A DNA stretch of 64,000 nt from Comamonadaceae bacterium (lineage in GTDB: Bacteria > Pseudomonadota > Gammaproteobacteria > Burkholderiales > Burkholderiaceae_C). The stretch spans positions 7,427 to 71,426 of the forward strand of contig JAIXWZ010000110.1 of assembly GCA_027491035.1 (NCBI GenBank), written 5' to 3'. The stretch's first letter is position 1. The number at the start of each line of letters is the position of its first letter. Under the pieces are notes generated by a model, which had not been told where the DNA came from, searched no databases, and saw only the letters and a list, made by a program, of their open reading frames with translations. Shown here in pieces: positions 17,775 through 26,602 of this stretch. Position numbers and translations under genes: made by a program.

Positions 17775-18658
17775 TGGCGCGCATTGACTTCTTGGGCGTG
17801 GGCAAGATGGGCTTGCCCATGGCGGGGCACCTGAGCCGCGCCGGCCATGCGGTGGCTGTGGCCGATCCCAGCCCCGAGCGCATGGCGCTTGCCGCGCAGG
17901 CGGGCTTGGCCGTGGGCGATGCCCACAGCCTGGCGCAGGCCGACTTCGTGATCTCGTCGCTGCCCCATGATGCGGCCTTGCTGGCCGCTGCCGCGCAGGT
18001 GGCTGCCGGTGCCCGCGCCGGCGCGGTCTACATCGACACCAGCACGGTCTCGGTGCGGGCCTCGGCGCAGGCGGCGGCGCTGTGCAGTGCGCGCGGCATC
18101 GAGCCACTGCGCGTCACGGTGTCGGGCAACAACAAGATGGCCGAGGCCGCGGCGCTGACCATCATGGCCTCGGGCCCGCGCGCCGCTTACGAGCAGGCGC
18201 AAGCCCTGCTGGCTTGTTGGGGCCCGCAGTGCTTCTACCTGGGCGATGCCGAGCAGGCGCGGCTGATGAAGCTGGTGGTCAATTTGCTGATCGCCCAAAC
18301 CAGTGCCATGCTGGCCGAGGGCTTGACGCTCGGGCGCAAGGGCGGCCTCGATTGGCAGGACATGTGGCAGGTGCTGTGCGCCAGCGCAGTCGGCTCGCCC
18401 ATCCTCAAGGCCAAGTCGGTGCAGCTGAGTCAGCGCGACTTCACGCCCACTTTCACCGTCGAGCAGATGATCAAAGACTTGGAGCTGATCGTGGGCGCCG
18501 CCCGCGACGTGCATGCGCCCTTGCCGCAGACCGCAGCGACCTTGCAGCTGATGCATGCGGCCGTTGCGCAGGGCCAGGCCCTGGACGACTACGCGGCCAT
18601 CATCTTGGCGGTCGAGCGCAGTGCGGGCCTGGCCACCGATCTGGAGCGAAAACCCTGA
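17774..18658 (+). CDS. NAD(P)-dependent oxidoreductase, beta-hydroxyacid dehydrogenase family (second paralog)
   Basis: FLGVGKMG, catalytic Lys in LMKLVVN, FTPTFTVEQMIKDL; TGATG coupling to the upstream gene. Confidence 0.87.
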   Translation: MARIDFLGVGKMGLPMAGHLSRAGHAVAVADPSPERMALAAQAGLAVGDAHSLAQADFVISSLPHDAALLAAAAQVAAGARAGAVYIDTSTVSVRASAQAAALCSARGIEPLRVTVSGNNKMAEAAALTIMASGPRAAYEQAQALLACWGPQCFYLGDAEQARLMKLVVNLLIAQTSAMLAEGLTLGRKGGLDWQDMWQVLCASAVGSPILKAKSVQLSQRDFTPTFTVEQMIKDLELIVGAARDVHAPLPQTAATLQLMHAAVAQGQALDDYAAIILAVERSAGLATDLERKP

Positions 18659-19716
18659 TGAACGCCTTCATCTACAACGCCTACGCCGCCCGGGTGGTCT
18701 TTGGTGCGGGCAGCCTCAAGCACCTCGAGCGCGAGATTGACGCCCTGGGCTACAAGCGCGCGCTGGTGCTGTCGACCCCAGAGCAGCGCGCATCGGCGCA
18801 GATGGTGGCCGATCTGCTTGGGGCCCGTGCGGCCGGTGTGTTTGACCGTGCGGTGATGCATGTGCCGATCGAGACCGCCCGCGAAGCGCGCGAGGTGGCG
18901 CGCCAGCTCGGTGCCGACTGCGCGGTGGCCATCGGCGGGGGTTCGACCACTGGCCTGGGCAAAGCCATTGCGCTCGACTCGGGTCTGCCCATCATCGCCA
19001 TCCCCACCACCTATGCCGGCTCGGAGATGACGCCGGTCTACGGCATCACCGAAGGCGGCTTGAAGAAGACCGGCAAGGACGCCAAGGTGGTGCCGCGCGC
19101 CGTCATCTACGACCCCGAGCTCACGGTGAGCTTGCCGCCGGCCATGAGCCTGACCAGTGGCATCAACGCGATTGCCCATTCGGCCGAGGGCCTGTATTCG
19201 GCCGACCGCAACCCGGTGATCGACTTCATGGCGCGCGACGGCATCGCCGCCCTCGGCCGCGCCTTGCCGGCGATCTGCAAGAACCCCCAGGACATGCAGG
19301 CGCGCACCGATGCGTTCTACGGCGCCTGGCTGTGTGGCATCGTGATGGGCAGTGTGGGCATGGCCTTGCACCACAAGCTGTGCCACACGCTGGGCGGCAC
19401 CTTCAATTTGCCCCACGCCGAATGCCATACCGTGGTGCTGCCCCACGCGCTGGCCTACAACGCGCCGGCCGCGCCCGAGGCCATGGCCAAGATCGCGCAA
19501 GCCCTGGGCGGCAGCAGCGGCCCGGCGGCGGTGTTTGATCTGGCCAGAGACAACGGCGCCGCGGTGGCCCTGCGCGATTTGGGCATGAAGCAGGCCGACC
19601 TGGACAAGGCCTGCGACATCGCTGTTCAAAACCAATACCCCAATCCCAGGCCGCTCGATCGGGCGGCTTTGCGGCAGTTGTTTCAAAACGCCTGGGAGGG
19701 CGTGCGGCCGGGGTGA
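18658..19716 (+). CDS. Maleylacetate reductase
   Basis: RVVFGAG, AVMHVP, GGGSTTGLGKA, IPTTYAGSE, HHKLCHTLGGTFNLPHAE; TGATG coupling. Confidence 0.92.
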   Translation: MNAFIYNAYAARVVFGAGSLKHLEREIDALGYKRALVLSTPEQRASAQMVADLLGARAAGVFDRAVMHVPIETAREAREVARQLGADCAVAIGGGSTTGLGKAIALDSGLPIIAIPTTYAGSEMTPVYGITEGGLKKTGKDAKVVPRAVIYDPELTVSLPPAMSLTSGINAIAHSAEGLYSADRNPVIDFMARDGIAALGRALPAICKNPQDMQARTDAFYGAWLCGIVMGSVGMALHHKLCHTLGGTFNLPHAECHTVVLPHALAYNAPAAPEAMAKIAQALGGSSGPAAVFDLARDNGAAVALRDLGMKQADLDKACDIAVQNQYPNPRPLDRAALRQLFQNAWEGVRPG

Positions 19717-19746
19717 TCAGCAGGCCCTATCGCGCGATCGACCCTG

Positions 19747-19875
19747 CGTCATTGCGAGGCGCAGCCTTTAGCCGCGAGGAGCAAAGCGACGTGGCGGGCC
19801 GTGGCAATCCACTTTGTTGTGTCGTGGCCGATGGATTGCTTCGTTCCTCGCAATGACGGGGCGGGGTGGCAATGA
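19747..19875. repeat. CGTC-tagged palindromic repeat, copy 2
   Basis: CGTCATTGCGAGG...GTGGCAATCCA...TGGATTGCTTCGTTCCTCGCAATGACG plus satellite GCAATGACGGGG, between convergent genes. Confidence 0.85.
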
Positions 19876-19968
19876 CGGGGCCAGGTGGCAATCCCGAGTT
19901 TCTGTGGGAGCCGCGCCCTCGCGGCGATGGGGCCTAAACAGAAGCGCTGCCCGCTGCAACCGAGGGCC

Positions 19969-20895
19969 CTACAAGCCCATCCGTGAGGTCCACTTGCGCT
20001 CGTAATCCATCTTGGCAAAGTGCTCGACCATGAAGTCGATAAAGGTTCGCACTTTGGCCGACAGGTGTTTGCGGCTGGGGTAGGCCAGGTTGATGGTCAA
20101 GCGCGGCAGGTCCCAGTCGTCGAGCACCGGCACCAGGCGGCCGGCTACGATGTCTTCGTAGACGATGTAGGTCGGCTGCACCAAAATGCCCAGCCCGTCG
20201 AGTGCGGCGGCCCGCAGGATCTGGCCGTCGTTCGATTCGAGCAGGCCCTTGACCGACAGCGTGCTGCTCACGCCGCCTTTGGTAAAGCGCAACTCGTTGG
20301 GGTTGTTGGAGTGGGTGTAGATCAGCAGCTTGTGACGCTGCAGCTCTTCCAGGCTGCGCGGCGTGCCGCAGCGCGCCAGGTAGCCGGGCGAGGCGGTCAG
20401 CATGCGGCGCGTCTCGGCCATACGACGGATGGTGATGTTGGAGTCGGGCTCCGATTCCCGGTTGCGAATCGCCACATCGATGTTGTTGTCGATGATGTCC
20501 ATGTAGCGGTTGGCCGCCTCCAGGTGCACCTGCACATTGGGGTAGCGTTGGGTGTATTCGCGCAGCAGCGGCGCCACATGGTGCATCGCAAATGAGAGCG
20601 AGGCGGTGACCCTGAGCACCCCGGTCGGGTTGAGCGCCGTGGCATTGACGGCTGCCTCGGCATCCCTGAGATCGGCCACGATGGTGCGGGCGCGGCTGTG
20701 AAATTCGCGCCCGGTATCGGTCAGGAACAGGCGCCGCGTGTTGCGCTCGACCAGCCGAGCCCCGAGCCTGGCCTCCAAAGCGGCCAGGTGCCTGCTCGCC
20801 GCCGCATTGGACAGCTGCAGCGTCTCGGCGGCGCGGCTGAGGCTGCCGGTTTCGGCCACGCGCACAAACAGTTCGATTTCGGTCCAGCGGTCCAT
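19969..20895 (-). CDS. LysR family transcriptional regulator (CrgA/DmlR-like)
   Basis: HTH GSLSRAAETLQLSNAAASRHLAALEARLG, RNTRRLFLT, SNDGQILRAAALDGLG; start ATG 20895. Confidence 0.92.
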   Translation of the reverse strand: MDRWTEIELFVRVAETGSLSRAAETLQLSNAAASRHLAALEARLGARLVERNTRRLFLTDTGREFHSRARTIVADLRDAEAAVNATALNPTGVLRVTASLSFAMHHVAPLLREYTQRYPNVQVHLEAANRYMDIIDNNIDVAIRNRESEPDSNITIRRMAETRRMLTASPGYLARCGTPRSLEELQRHKLLIYTHSNNPNELRFTKGGVSSTLSVKGLLESNDGQILRAAALDGLGILVQPTYIVYEDIVAGRLVPVLDDWDLPRLTINLAYPSRKHLSAKVRTFIDFMVEHFAKMDYERKWTSRMGL

Positions 20896-20990
20896 GGGCT
20901 CATCGGCGCAGGTCACAAAGGCCGCCGGGCCAGTCGTGCCCGTCGGGAGGGGCTGATGGTAACCGCAAGCGCCCTGGCTGCCTGTCTTTA

Positions 20991-21055
20991 TTCCATTGGG
21001 CGGAAAAGTCATTTACGCAGGCGCTATTTTTCTTCTGGTTTTGAAAATCTATAGT
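20991..21055 (+). promoter_or_regulatory. Putative LysR binding sites and -10 element in the divergent intergenic region
   Basis: TTCC-N7-GGAA (20991-21005) and TTC-N7-GAA (21033-21045), both T-N11-A; TATAGT at 21050-21055. Confidence 0.55.
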
Positions 21056-21091
21056 CCGGCCACCTCAGCCATCCCAAGTGGAGACCGTCCT

Positions 21092-21934
21092 TTGCGCAAC
21101 CTCAATCAGGACACCATCACACAGGCCGTGATCGCACGCCTGTCTGACACGCCTGATGCGCGTCTGAAGGAGGTGCTCACCTGCGTGGTGCAGCATCTGC
21201 ATGCCTTTGCCCGCGAGGTTCATTTGACCGAAGCGGAGTTGCAGGCTGGCATTGAGTTCCTCACCGCGGTGGGCAATAAGTGCAGCGCTTCGCGGCAGGA
21301 GTTTGTTTTGCTGGCCGATGTGCTGGGTCTGTCGACCCTGACGGTGGCCATGAACCATGACAAGCCGGCCGGTTGCACTGAGGCCACCACTTCCGGACCT
21401 TTTTATCTGCCCGATGCCCAGCCCATGGCCAGCGGCGCCGACCTGGCCGGCGGTGCGCCGGGCCAGCCCTGCCTGGTGCGCGGCCGGGTCTGCGCCCTCG
21501 ACGGCGGCCCGGTTGCGGCGGCGCAGGTGGAGGTGTGGCAGTCTGATGCCGATGGCCGCTACGACGTGCAGTACGAAGACCTGGGTGGCCAGCGCGCGCG
21601 CGGCGTGTTTTCCACCGGATCCGATGGCCGTTTTCAATTGCGCAGCGTGCTCGCTTGCCCCTACCCGGTCCCCGAAGATGGGCCGGTGGGCCAGTTGATG
21701 CGCGCATCCAGAGGCCATCCCTGGCGGCCGGCGCACATGCATTTCAGGATCAGTGCGCCCGGTTTTGAGACCCTGGTCACGCAGGTCTACCGCGAGGACG
21801 ACCCGTACCTGGACAGCGATCCGGTTTACGGCGTGCGGCAGTCTTTGGTGGCGCCCTGGGTGCCCGATGAGCAGGGCTTGTACACGCTCGATTTTGATTT
21901 TGTTTTGCAGCGCCGGCGAGGGGGCCAACGTTGA
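21092..21934 (+). CDS. Intradiol dioxygenase, hydroxyquinol 1,2-dioxygenase-like
   Basis: MRNLNQDTITQAV N-terminus, RQEFVLLADVLG, Fe ligands Y (GRYDVQ), Y (CPYPVP), RPAHMH; TTG start with GGAG RBS. Confidence 0.88.
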   Translation: MRNLNQDTITQAVIARLSDTPDARLKEVLTCVVQHLHAFAREVHLTEAELQAGIEFLTAVGNKCSASRQEFVLLADVLGLSTLTVAMNHDKPAGCTEATTSGPFYLPDAQPMASGADLAGGAPGQPCLVRGRVCALDGGPVAAAQVEVWQSDADGRYDVQYEDLGGQRARGVFSTGSDGRFQLRSVLACPYPVPEDGPVGQLMRASRGHPWRPAHMHFRISAPGFETLVTQVYREDDPYLDSDPVYGVRQSLVAPWVPDEQGLYTLDFDFVLQRRRGGQR

Positions 21935-22239
21935 TCAAGCACATCGTCATGTGGAATCTGCGCGGCGAGACCGATCAGGCCAAGGCAGCGGCTGTGGCCA
22001 CGCTCAAGCGCAGTTTTGAGTCGCTGCGTGGCCGCGTTCCTGGGCTGCTGCATCTGGAGATCGGCGTCGATTCGAGTCGCATCGACTACGCCTGCGACGT
22101 GGTCCTGTATTCGGAGTTTGAGTCACAAGCGGCGCTTGATGCCTATGCGGTGCACCCCGAGCACCTGCGCGTCAAGCAGGAGTTGTCTGATTTGCGCATT
22201 GCCCGCCACCAGGTCGACTACCTGGCCGAGCCGCGCTGA
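21931..22239 (+). CDS. Dabb (stress-responsive alpha/beta barrel) family protein
   Basis: MIKHIVMW...LDAYAVHPEH. Confidence 0.88.
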   Translation: MIKHIVMWNLRGETDQAKAAAVATLKRSFESLRGRVPGLLHLEIGVDSSRIDYACDVVLYSEFESQAALDAYAVHPEHLRVKQELSDLRIARHQVDYLAEPR

Positions 22240-22258
22240 ACGCGAGGAGAGTTAGGTC

Positions 22259-22876
22259 ATGGATGCAGCACTGCGCGACGAATTGGAAATCCGGCAGATG
22301 GTCGAGCGCTGGGCGGTTTGGCGCGATGCCGGCGACTGGGAGCGTTTTGCCACCGTCTGGCACCCTGACGGGGTGATGATGGCCACCTGGTTTCAGGGGC
22401 CGTTTCGCGAGTTCATCCGCGTGACCCAGGAGGGCTGGGCCAAGGGCGTGAGCATCTTGCATTTTCTCGGCGGCAGCGCGGTCGAAGTGGCCGGCGATCG
22501 GGCGATTTCGCAAACCAAGATGACGATTTCCCAGCGCGGCATGGTCGAGGGCGCCAGTGGCCCGGTGCTGTGCGATGTGGTGTGCACCGGTCGTTTTTAT
22601 GACTTTGTCACCCGCCATGAGGGCCAGTGGAAGCTTTTGCACCGCCAGCCGATTTACGAGAAGGACCGCATCGATCCGGTCGACCCCAGTGCGGTGCTGC
22701 AACTCGATCAGCAGGCCTTGGCCGGTTTTCCAGAGGGTTATCGCCATCTGGCCTATATTCAGACCCGCATCGGCTACAAGGTCAAGATGGATATGCCGAT
22801 GCTCAAGGGCGAGGGCGTGCAGGCTCTGTACGGGCGCGGCCGCCGCTGGCTGCAAGGCGGCGAGCTCGAGCGCTGA
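22259..22876 (+). CDS. NTF2-like/SnoaL-like domain protein
   Basis: EIRQMVERWAVWRDAGDWERFATVWHPDG, VEVAGDRA, WKLLHR. Confidence 0.8.
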   Translation: MDAALRDELEIRQMVERWAVWRDAGDWERFATVWHPDGVMMATWFQGPFREFIRVTQEGWAKGVSILHFLGGSAVEVAGDRAISQTKMTISQRGMVEGASGPVLCDVVCTGRFYDFVTRHEGQWKLLHRQPIYEKDRIDPVDPSAVLQLDQQALAGFPEGYRHLAYIQTRIGYKVKMDMPMLKGEGVQALYGRGRRWLQGGELER

Positions 22877-22916
22877 GCCGCCTGCGCCCTTTGAATTTCC
22901 ACACCAGGAGACTTCC

Positions 22917-23900
22917 ATGATGAACAAGCGATCGTTCAATGCGGCCATGGCGGCGGGCCTGCTGGGCGGCTCGGTCTTTGCCGGCTCAGCCTGGGCCCAA
23001 GCTTTCCCCAGCAAGCCCTTGCGCGTCGTCGTGCCCCAGCCTCCTGGCGGCGGTTTCGACGTGGTTGGCCGTTTGCTCGCCGACCGGCTCGGCAAGGCCC
23101 TGGGTCAGACCGCGGTGGTGGAAAACCGGCCCGGCTCGGGCACCCTGGTGGGCACCGACCTGGTGGCCAAGGCGCCGGCCGACGGTTACACCTTGCTGGT
23201 CGGCTCGGTGTCCAATCTGGCGCTCAACCCGGGTCTGTACCCCAATATTCCCTATGACAGCCTGCGCGATTTCGAGCCGGTGGGTTTGGCTGTGGCCTAC
23301 AGCTACACCCTGGTGGCGCGCAAGGACCTGCCTTTTTCCAATCTGCGCGAGCTGATCGCGCACGCCAAGGCCAATCCGAAAAAGCTGACCTACGCCTCCG
23401 GCGGCAGTGGCTCGGGCCAGCATGTGCTGGCGGCGGCCTTGTGGAACCTGGCCGGTGTGGAACTGGTGCATGTGCCCTATCGGGGCGCGCAGGCGGCCTA
23501 CCAGGATTTGCTGGGTGGGCGCGTTGACGTGTTCTTCGACCTCTCGCCGACCGCGCGGCCGCAGGTGGAGTCGGGCAACCTCAAGGCCCTGGTGGTCTCT
23601 GGCAGCGCCCGTCTGCCCTTTCACCCCGATGTGCCGACCATCATGGAGACGGGCGTGGCCAACCTCGATCTGGAGTCCTGGTTTGGCCTGTTCGTGCCGA
23701 GCAAGACGCCGGCCGATGTGCAGGAGCGCCTGCGCAGCGAGCTCTCGCGCATTGTTCAGGGCGCCGACCTGGTCGAGACCTTTCGCAAGGCCGGTGGCAA
23801 GCCGCTGGCCTTGAGTGGCGAGCAGGCCCGCGCCCTGGTCAAGCGCGACGTGGACCGCTGGTCCAAGATCACCCGCGACCTGGGCATCAAGGCCGAATGA
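22917..23900 (+). CDS. Bug/TctC family receptor
   Basis: FPSKPLRVVVPQPPGGGFD, ENRPGSG, HVPYRG; AGGAG RBS. Confidence 0.92.
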   Translation: MMNKRSFNAAMAAGLLGGSVFAGSAWAQAFPSKPLRVVVPQPPGGGFDVVGRLLADRLGKALGQTAVVENRPGSGTLVGTDLVAKAPADGYTLLVGSVSNLALNPGLYPNIPYDSLRDFEPVGLAVAYSYTLVARKDLPFSNLRELIAHAKANPKKLTYASGGSGSGQHVLAAALWNLAGVELVHVPYRGAQAAYQDLLGGRVDVFFDLSPTARPQVESGNLKALVVSGSARLPFHPDVPTIMETGVANLDLESWFGLFVPSKTPADVQERLRSELSRIVQGADLVETFRKAGGKPLALSGEQARALVKRDVDRWSKITRDLGIKAE

Positions 23901-23994
23901 GACCGAGGCCGCCACACTGACTTTTGCGGCTGCCGCGCCCACATGATCTGCAGGCGCTAAGCTCTACCTTTTTAACTTTCTTGACGGTTTCACC

Positions 23995-24579
23995 ATGCCC
24001 ATCTCCGACGCCAGCCTCGATCAGCTTTTTCGCCAAGCCCGCACGGCCAACGGTTTCATTGACAAGCCTGTCGCACCTGCTGTGCTGCGCCAGGTCTACG
24101 AGCTCGCGGCGATGGCGCCGACCTCGATGAACACCCAGCCCACCCGCTATGTGTTTTTGACCACTGCCGCTGCCAAGCAGCGCGTGGCCCCCGCCCTGGC
24201 CCCGGCCAACGTGGACAAGACGGCCTCGGCGCCGGTGTGCGTGATCGTGGCCACCGACACCCGCTTTTATGAGCACATGCCGCAGATCTGGCACAAGCCG
24301 GAGGCCAAGGCCATGTTCGAAGGCAATGCCGGCATGGCGTCGGCCACGGCGATTCGCAACGGCACCCTGGGCGGCGCCTATTTCATTTTGGCCGCGCGCG
24401 CCTTCGACCTCGATTGCGGTCCGATGAGCGGCGTCGATCTGGCCAAGGTCAATGCCGAGTTCTTCCCCGATGGTCGCTACCAGGCCAATTTCCTGATCAA
24501 CCTGGGCTATATGGACAAGAGCAAGCTGTTCGATCGCAACCCGCGTCTGGCCTTCGAGCAGGCCTGCGAGGTGCTTTGA
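23995..24579 (+). CDS. Nitroreductase-family protein, RutE/malonic semialdehyde reductase-like
   Basis: LFRQART, APTSMNTQP, RAFDLDCGPMSG, NFLINLGY, RNPRLAFE. Confidence 0.85.
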   Translation: MPISDASLDQLFRQARTANGFIDKPVAPAVLRQVYELAAMAPTSMNTQPTRYVFLTTAAAKQRVAPALAPANVDKTASAPVCVIVATDTRFYEHMPQIWHKPEAKAMFEGNAGMASATAIRNGTLGGAYFILAARAFDLDCGPMSGVDLAKVNAEFFPDGRYQANFLINLGYMDKSKLFDRNPRLAFEQACEVL

Positions 24580-24640
24580 ACTCTGGGCGCCGACGGACCC
24601 GCATCCGCACAACGCATTGACATCATCGAGGGAGCTTCAA

Positions 24641-25438
24641 TTGAAAATCGGCAAATCCATCATTCCGCACACGGCCATCAGCACATCGAGCGAGCAGCGC
24701 ATCGTGGTGCGCGGCCATGACCTGTCTCGTGACCTGATTGGTCAGGTCAATTTCGGCGACTACTTTTTCCTCTTGCTGACCGGCAAGATGCCCGATGCGG
24801 CGACCAGCGCCTTGGTCAACGCCACCATGGTGGCCATTGCCGAGCACGGTTTGGTGCCCAGCAACCAGGCAGCGCGCATGACGCTGGCGGCAGCGCCCGA
24901 TGCGATGCAAGGCGCGGTAGCCGCCGGCATCTTGGGTGCGGGTTCGGTGGTGCTGGGCGCCTCCGAGACGGCGGGCAAACTCTTTTTGCGCGTCGAGGCC
25001 GAGGCAGCGGCCAACCACGGCGGCGATCTCAAGGCAGCGGCCAAGGCGGTGGTTGCCGATCTGCGCGCCAACAAGCAGATCGTGCCGGGCTATGGTCATC
25101 CGGAGCACAAGAGCGCCGATCCGCGTGTGGGCGCCTTGTTTGCGCTGTCGGCTCGCGTCGGTGGCGGGCAGAAGTATGTGGAGCTCTCGCGCATCATTGA
25201 GTCTGTGATTCCCGAGGTGACGGGCAAGGACTTGCCGATGAATGTCTCGGCGGCGATTCCCGCGGTGCTGATGGGCGTCAATTTCCCGGTGACCGCGCTC
25301 AAGGGCGTGCCCATGCTGGCCCGCGTGGCCAGCTTGATTGCCCACCTCAATGAGGAAATGGCCGATCCGATCGGTTTTGCACTGGCCAACCACGCGGTGT
25401 CCCAGCAGCAGTACACCGGTACCCCTGCAAAGGATTGA
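24641..25438 (+). CDS. Citrate-synthase-fold protein (citryl-CoA lyase-like)
   Basis: VRGHDLSRDLIG, AEHG, PGYGH, NVS; short single-domain size; TTG start with GGGAG RBS. Confidence 0.82.
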   Translation: MKIGKSIIPHTAISTSSEQRIVVRGHDLSRDLIGQVNFGDYFFLLLTGKMPDAATSALVNATMVAIAEHGLVPSNQAARMTLAAAPDAMQGAVAAGILGAGSVVLGASETAGKLFLRVEAEAAANHGGDLKAAAKAVVADLRANKQIVPGYGHPEHKSADPRVGALFALSARVGGGQKYVELSRIIESVIPEVTGKDLPMNVSAAIPAVLMGVNFPVTALKGVPMLARVASLIAHLNEEMADPIGFALANHAVSQQQYTGTPAKD

Positions 25439-25440
25439 TC

Positions 25441-26586
25441 ATGGTCCAGGTTCTTAAAGACATCAAGGTCGTCGAGCACGGCACCTTCATCACCGGCCCG
25501 TTTGCCGGCATGATGCTGGCCGATCTGGGCGCCGACGTGGTCAAGGTCGAACTGCCCGGCACGGGCGACCCGTTTCGCGCTTACCGCGGCGAGCTCTACA
25601 GCCCGCACTTTCAGTCGTGCAACCGCAACAAGCGCTCGATCACGCTCAACACCAAGGACGCGGCCGAGTTGGCGCGCTTTGACGAGATGATCGCGCAGGC
25701 CGACGTCTACATCCAAAATTTTCGCCCCGGTGTGGCCGAAAAGCTCGGCGCCGGCTACGAGCGCCTGAAGAAAATCAACCCGCGTCTGATCTATTGCGCC
25801 ATCAGCGGCTTTGGCCGCGATGGCCCTTACAGCGATCGGCCCAGCTACGACTCGGTGGCGCAGGCCTACAGCGGCTTTCTGGGCTTGCTGGTCAACCCTA
25901 ACGACCCGCGGGTGGTGGGGCCGGCCCTGGCCGATGCGATGACCGGCTTTTACTCGGCCTATGGTGTGCTGGGCGCCCTGCACGAGCGCAACAGCACGGG
26001 CAAGGGCCGTCTGGTGGAGGTCTCGATGATCGAGGCCATGACGCACTTCAACCTCGACTCCTTCACCCACCTCTTTACCATCGGTCAGCTGGTCGATCCC
26101 TTCAGCCGGGCGCGGCTCTCGCAGTCGTATGTGCTCGAGTGTTCCGACGGCAAGTGGGTGGCCCTGCACATGTCCTCGCCGCCCAAGTTCTGGGAGGGCT
26201 TGGCCAAGGCGATGGAGCGCTCCGACATCTTTGATGATCCGCGCTTTTCCACCCGCGAGGGGCGTGCCGAGAACCAGGAGGCCTTGATCGGTGTACTACA
26301 GGCGGTGTTCAAGCACCGCACTCGCACCGAGTGGTGCAACCGTCTGCTCGCCGAGGATGTGCCGCACGCGCCCATGTACAACTCGGCCGAGGTGCCCGAA
26401 GACCCGCAGATCCAGCATCTGCAGATGTTTGTGGAAGCGCCTTCGCCGGTCAAAGGCATGTTCAAGACGGTGCGCTCGCCGGTGTCCTATGACGGCGAGC
26501 GTTCGCTCAAGGTCACGGCGCCGCCGCTGCTCGGTCAGCACAACGAAGAGTTCAAGACGGGCTGGCCGGCGCGGCCAGACGCCTGA
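25441..26586 (+). CDS. CoA-transferase family III (CaiB/BaiF)
   Basis: GPFAGMMLADLGADVVKVE, NRNKRSITL, NFRPG, SYD (catalytic Asp), PPLLGQH. Confidence 0.93.
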   Translation: MVQVLKDIKVVEHGTFITGPFAGMMLADLGADVVKVELPGTGDPFRAYRGELYSPHFQSCNRNKRSITLNTKDAAELARFDEMIAQADVYIQNFRPGVAEKLGAGYERLKKINPRLIYCAISGFGRDGPYSDRPSYDSVAQAYSGFLGLLVNPNDPRVVGPALADAMTGFYSAYGVLGALHERNSTGKGRLVEVSMIEAMTHFNLDSFTHLFTIGQLVDPFSRARLSQSYVLECSDGKWVALHMSSPPKFWEGLAKAMERSDIFDDPRFSTREGRAENQEALIGVLQAVFKHRTRTEWCNRLLAEDVPHAPMYNSAEVPEDPQIQHLQMFVEAPSPVKGMFKTVRSPVSYDGERSLKVTAPPLLGQHNEEFKTGWPARPDA

Positions 26587-26602
26587 GGAAGGGGCCCAAG
26601 CG

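Noticed and set aside
16179-18107. 642-aa minus-strand ORF
   Set aside because: Low-complexity Arg/Pro/Ala shadow opposite three well-supported genes
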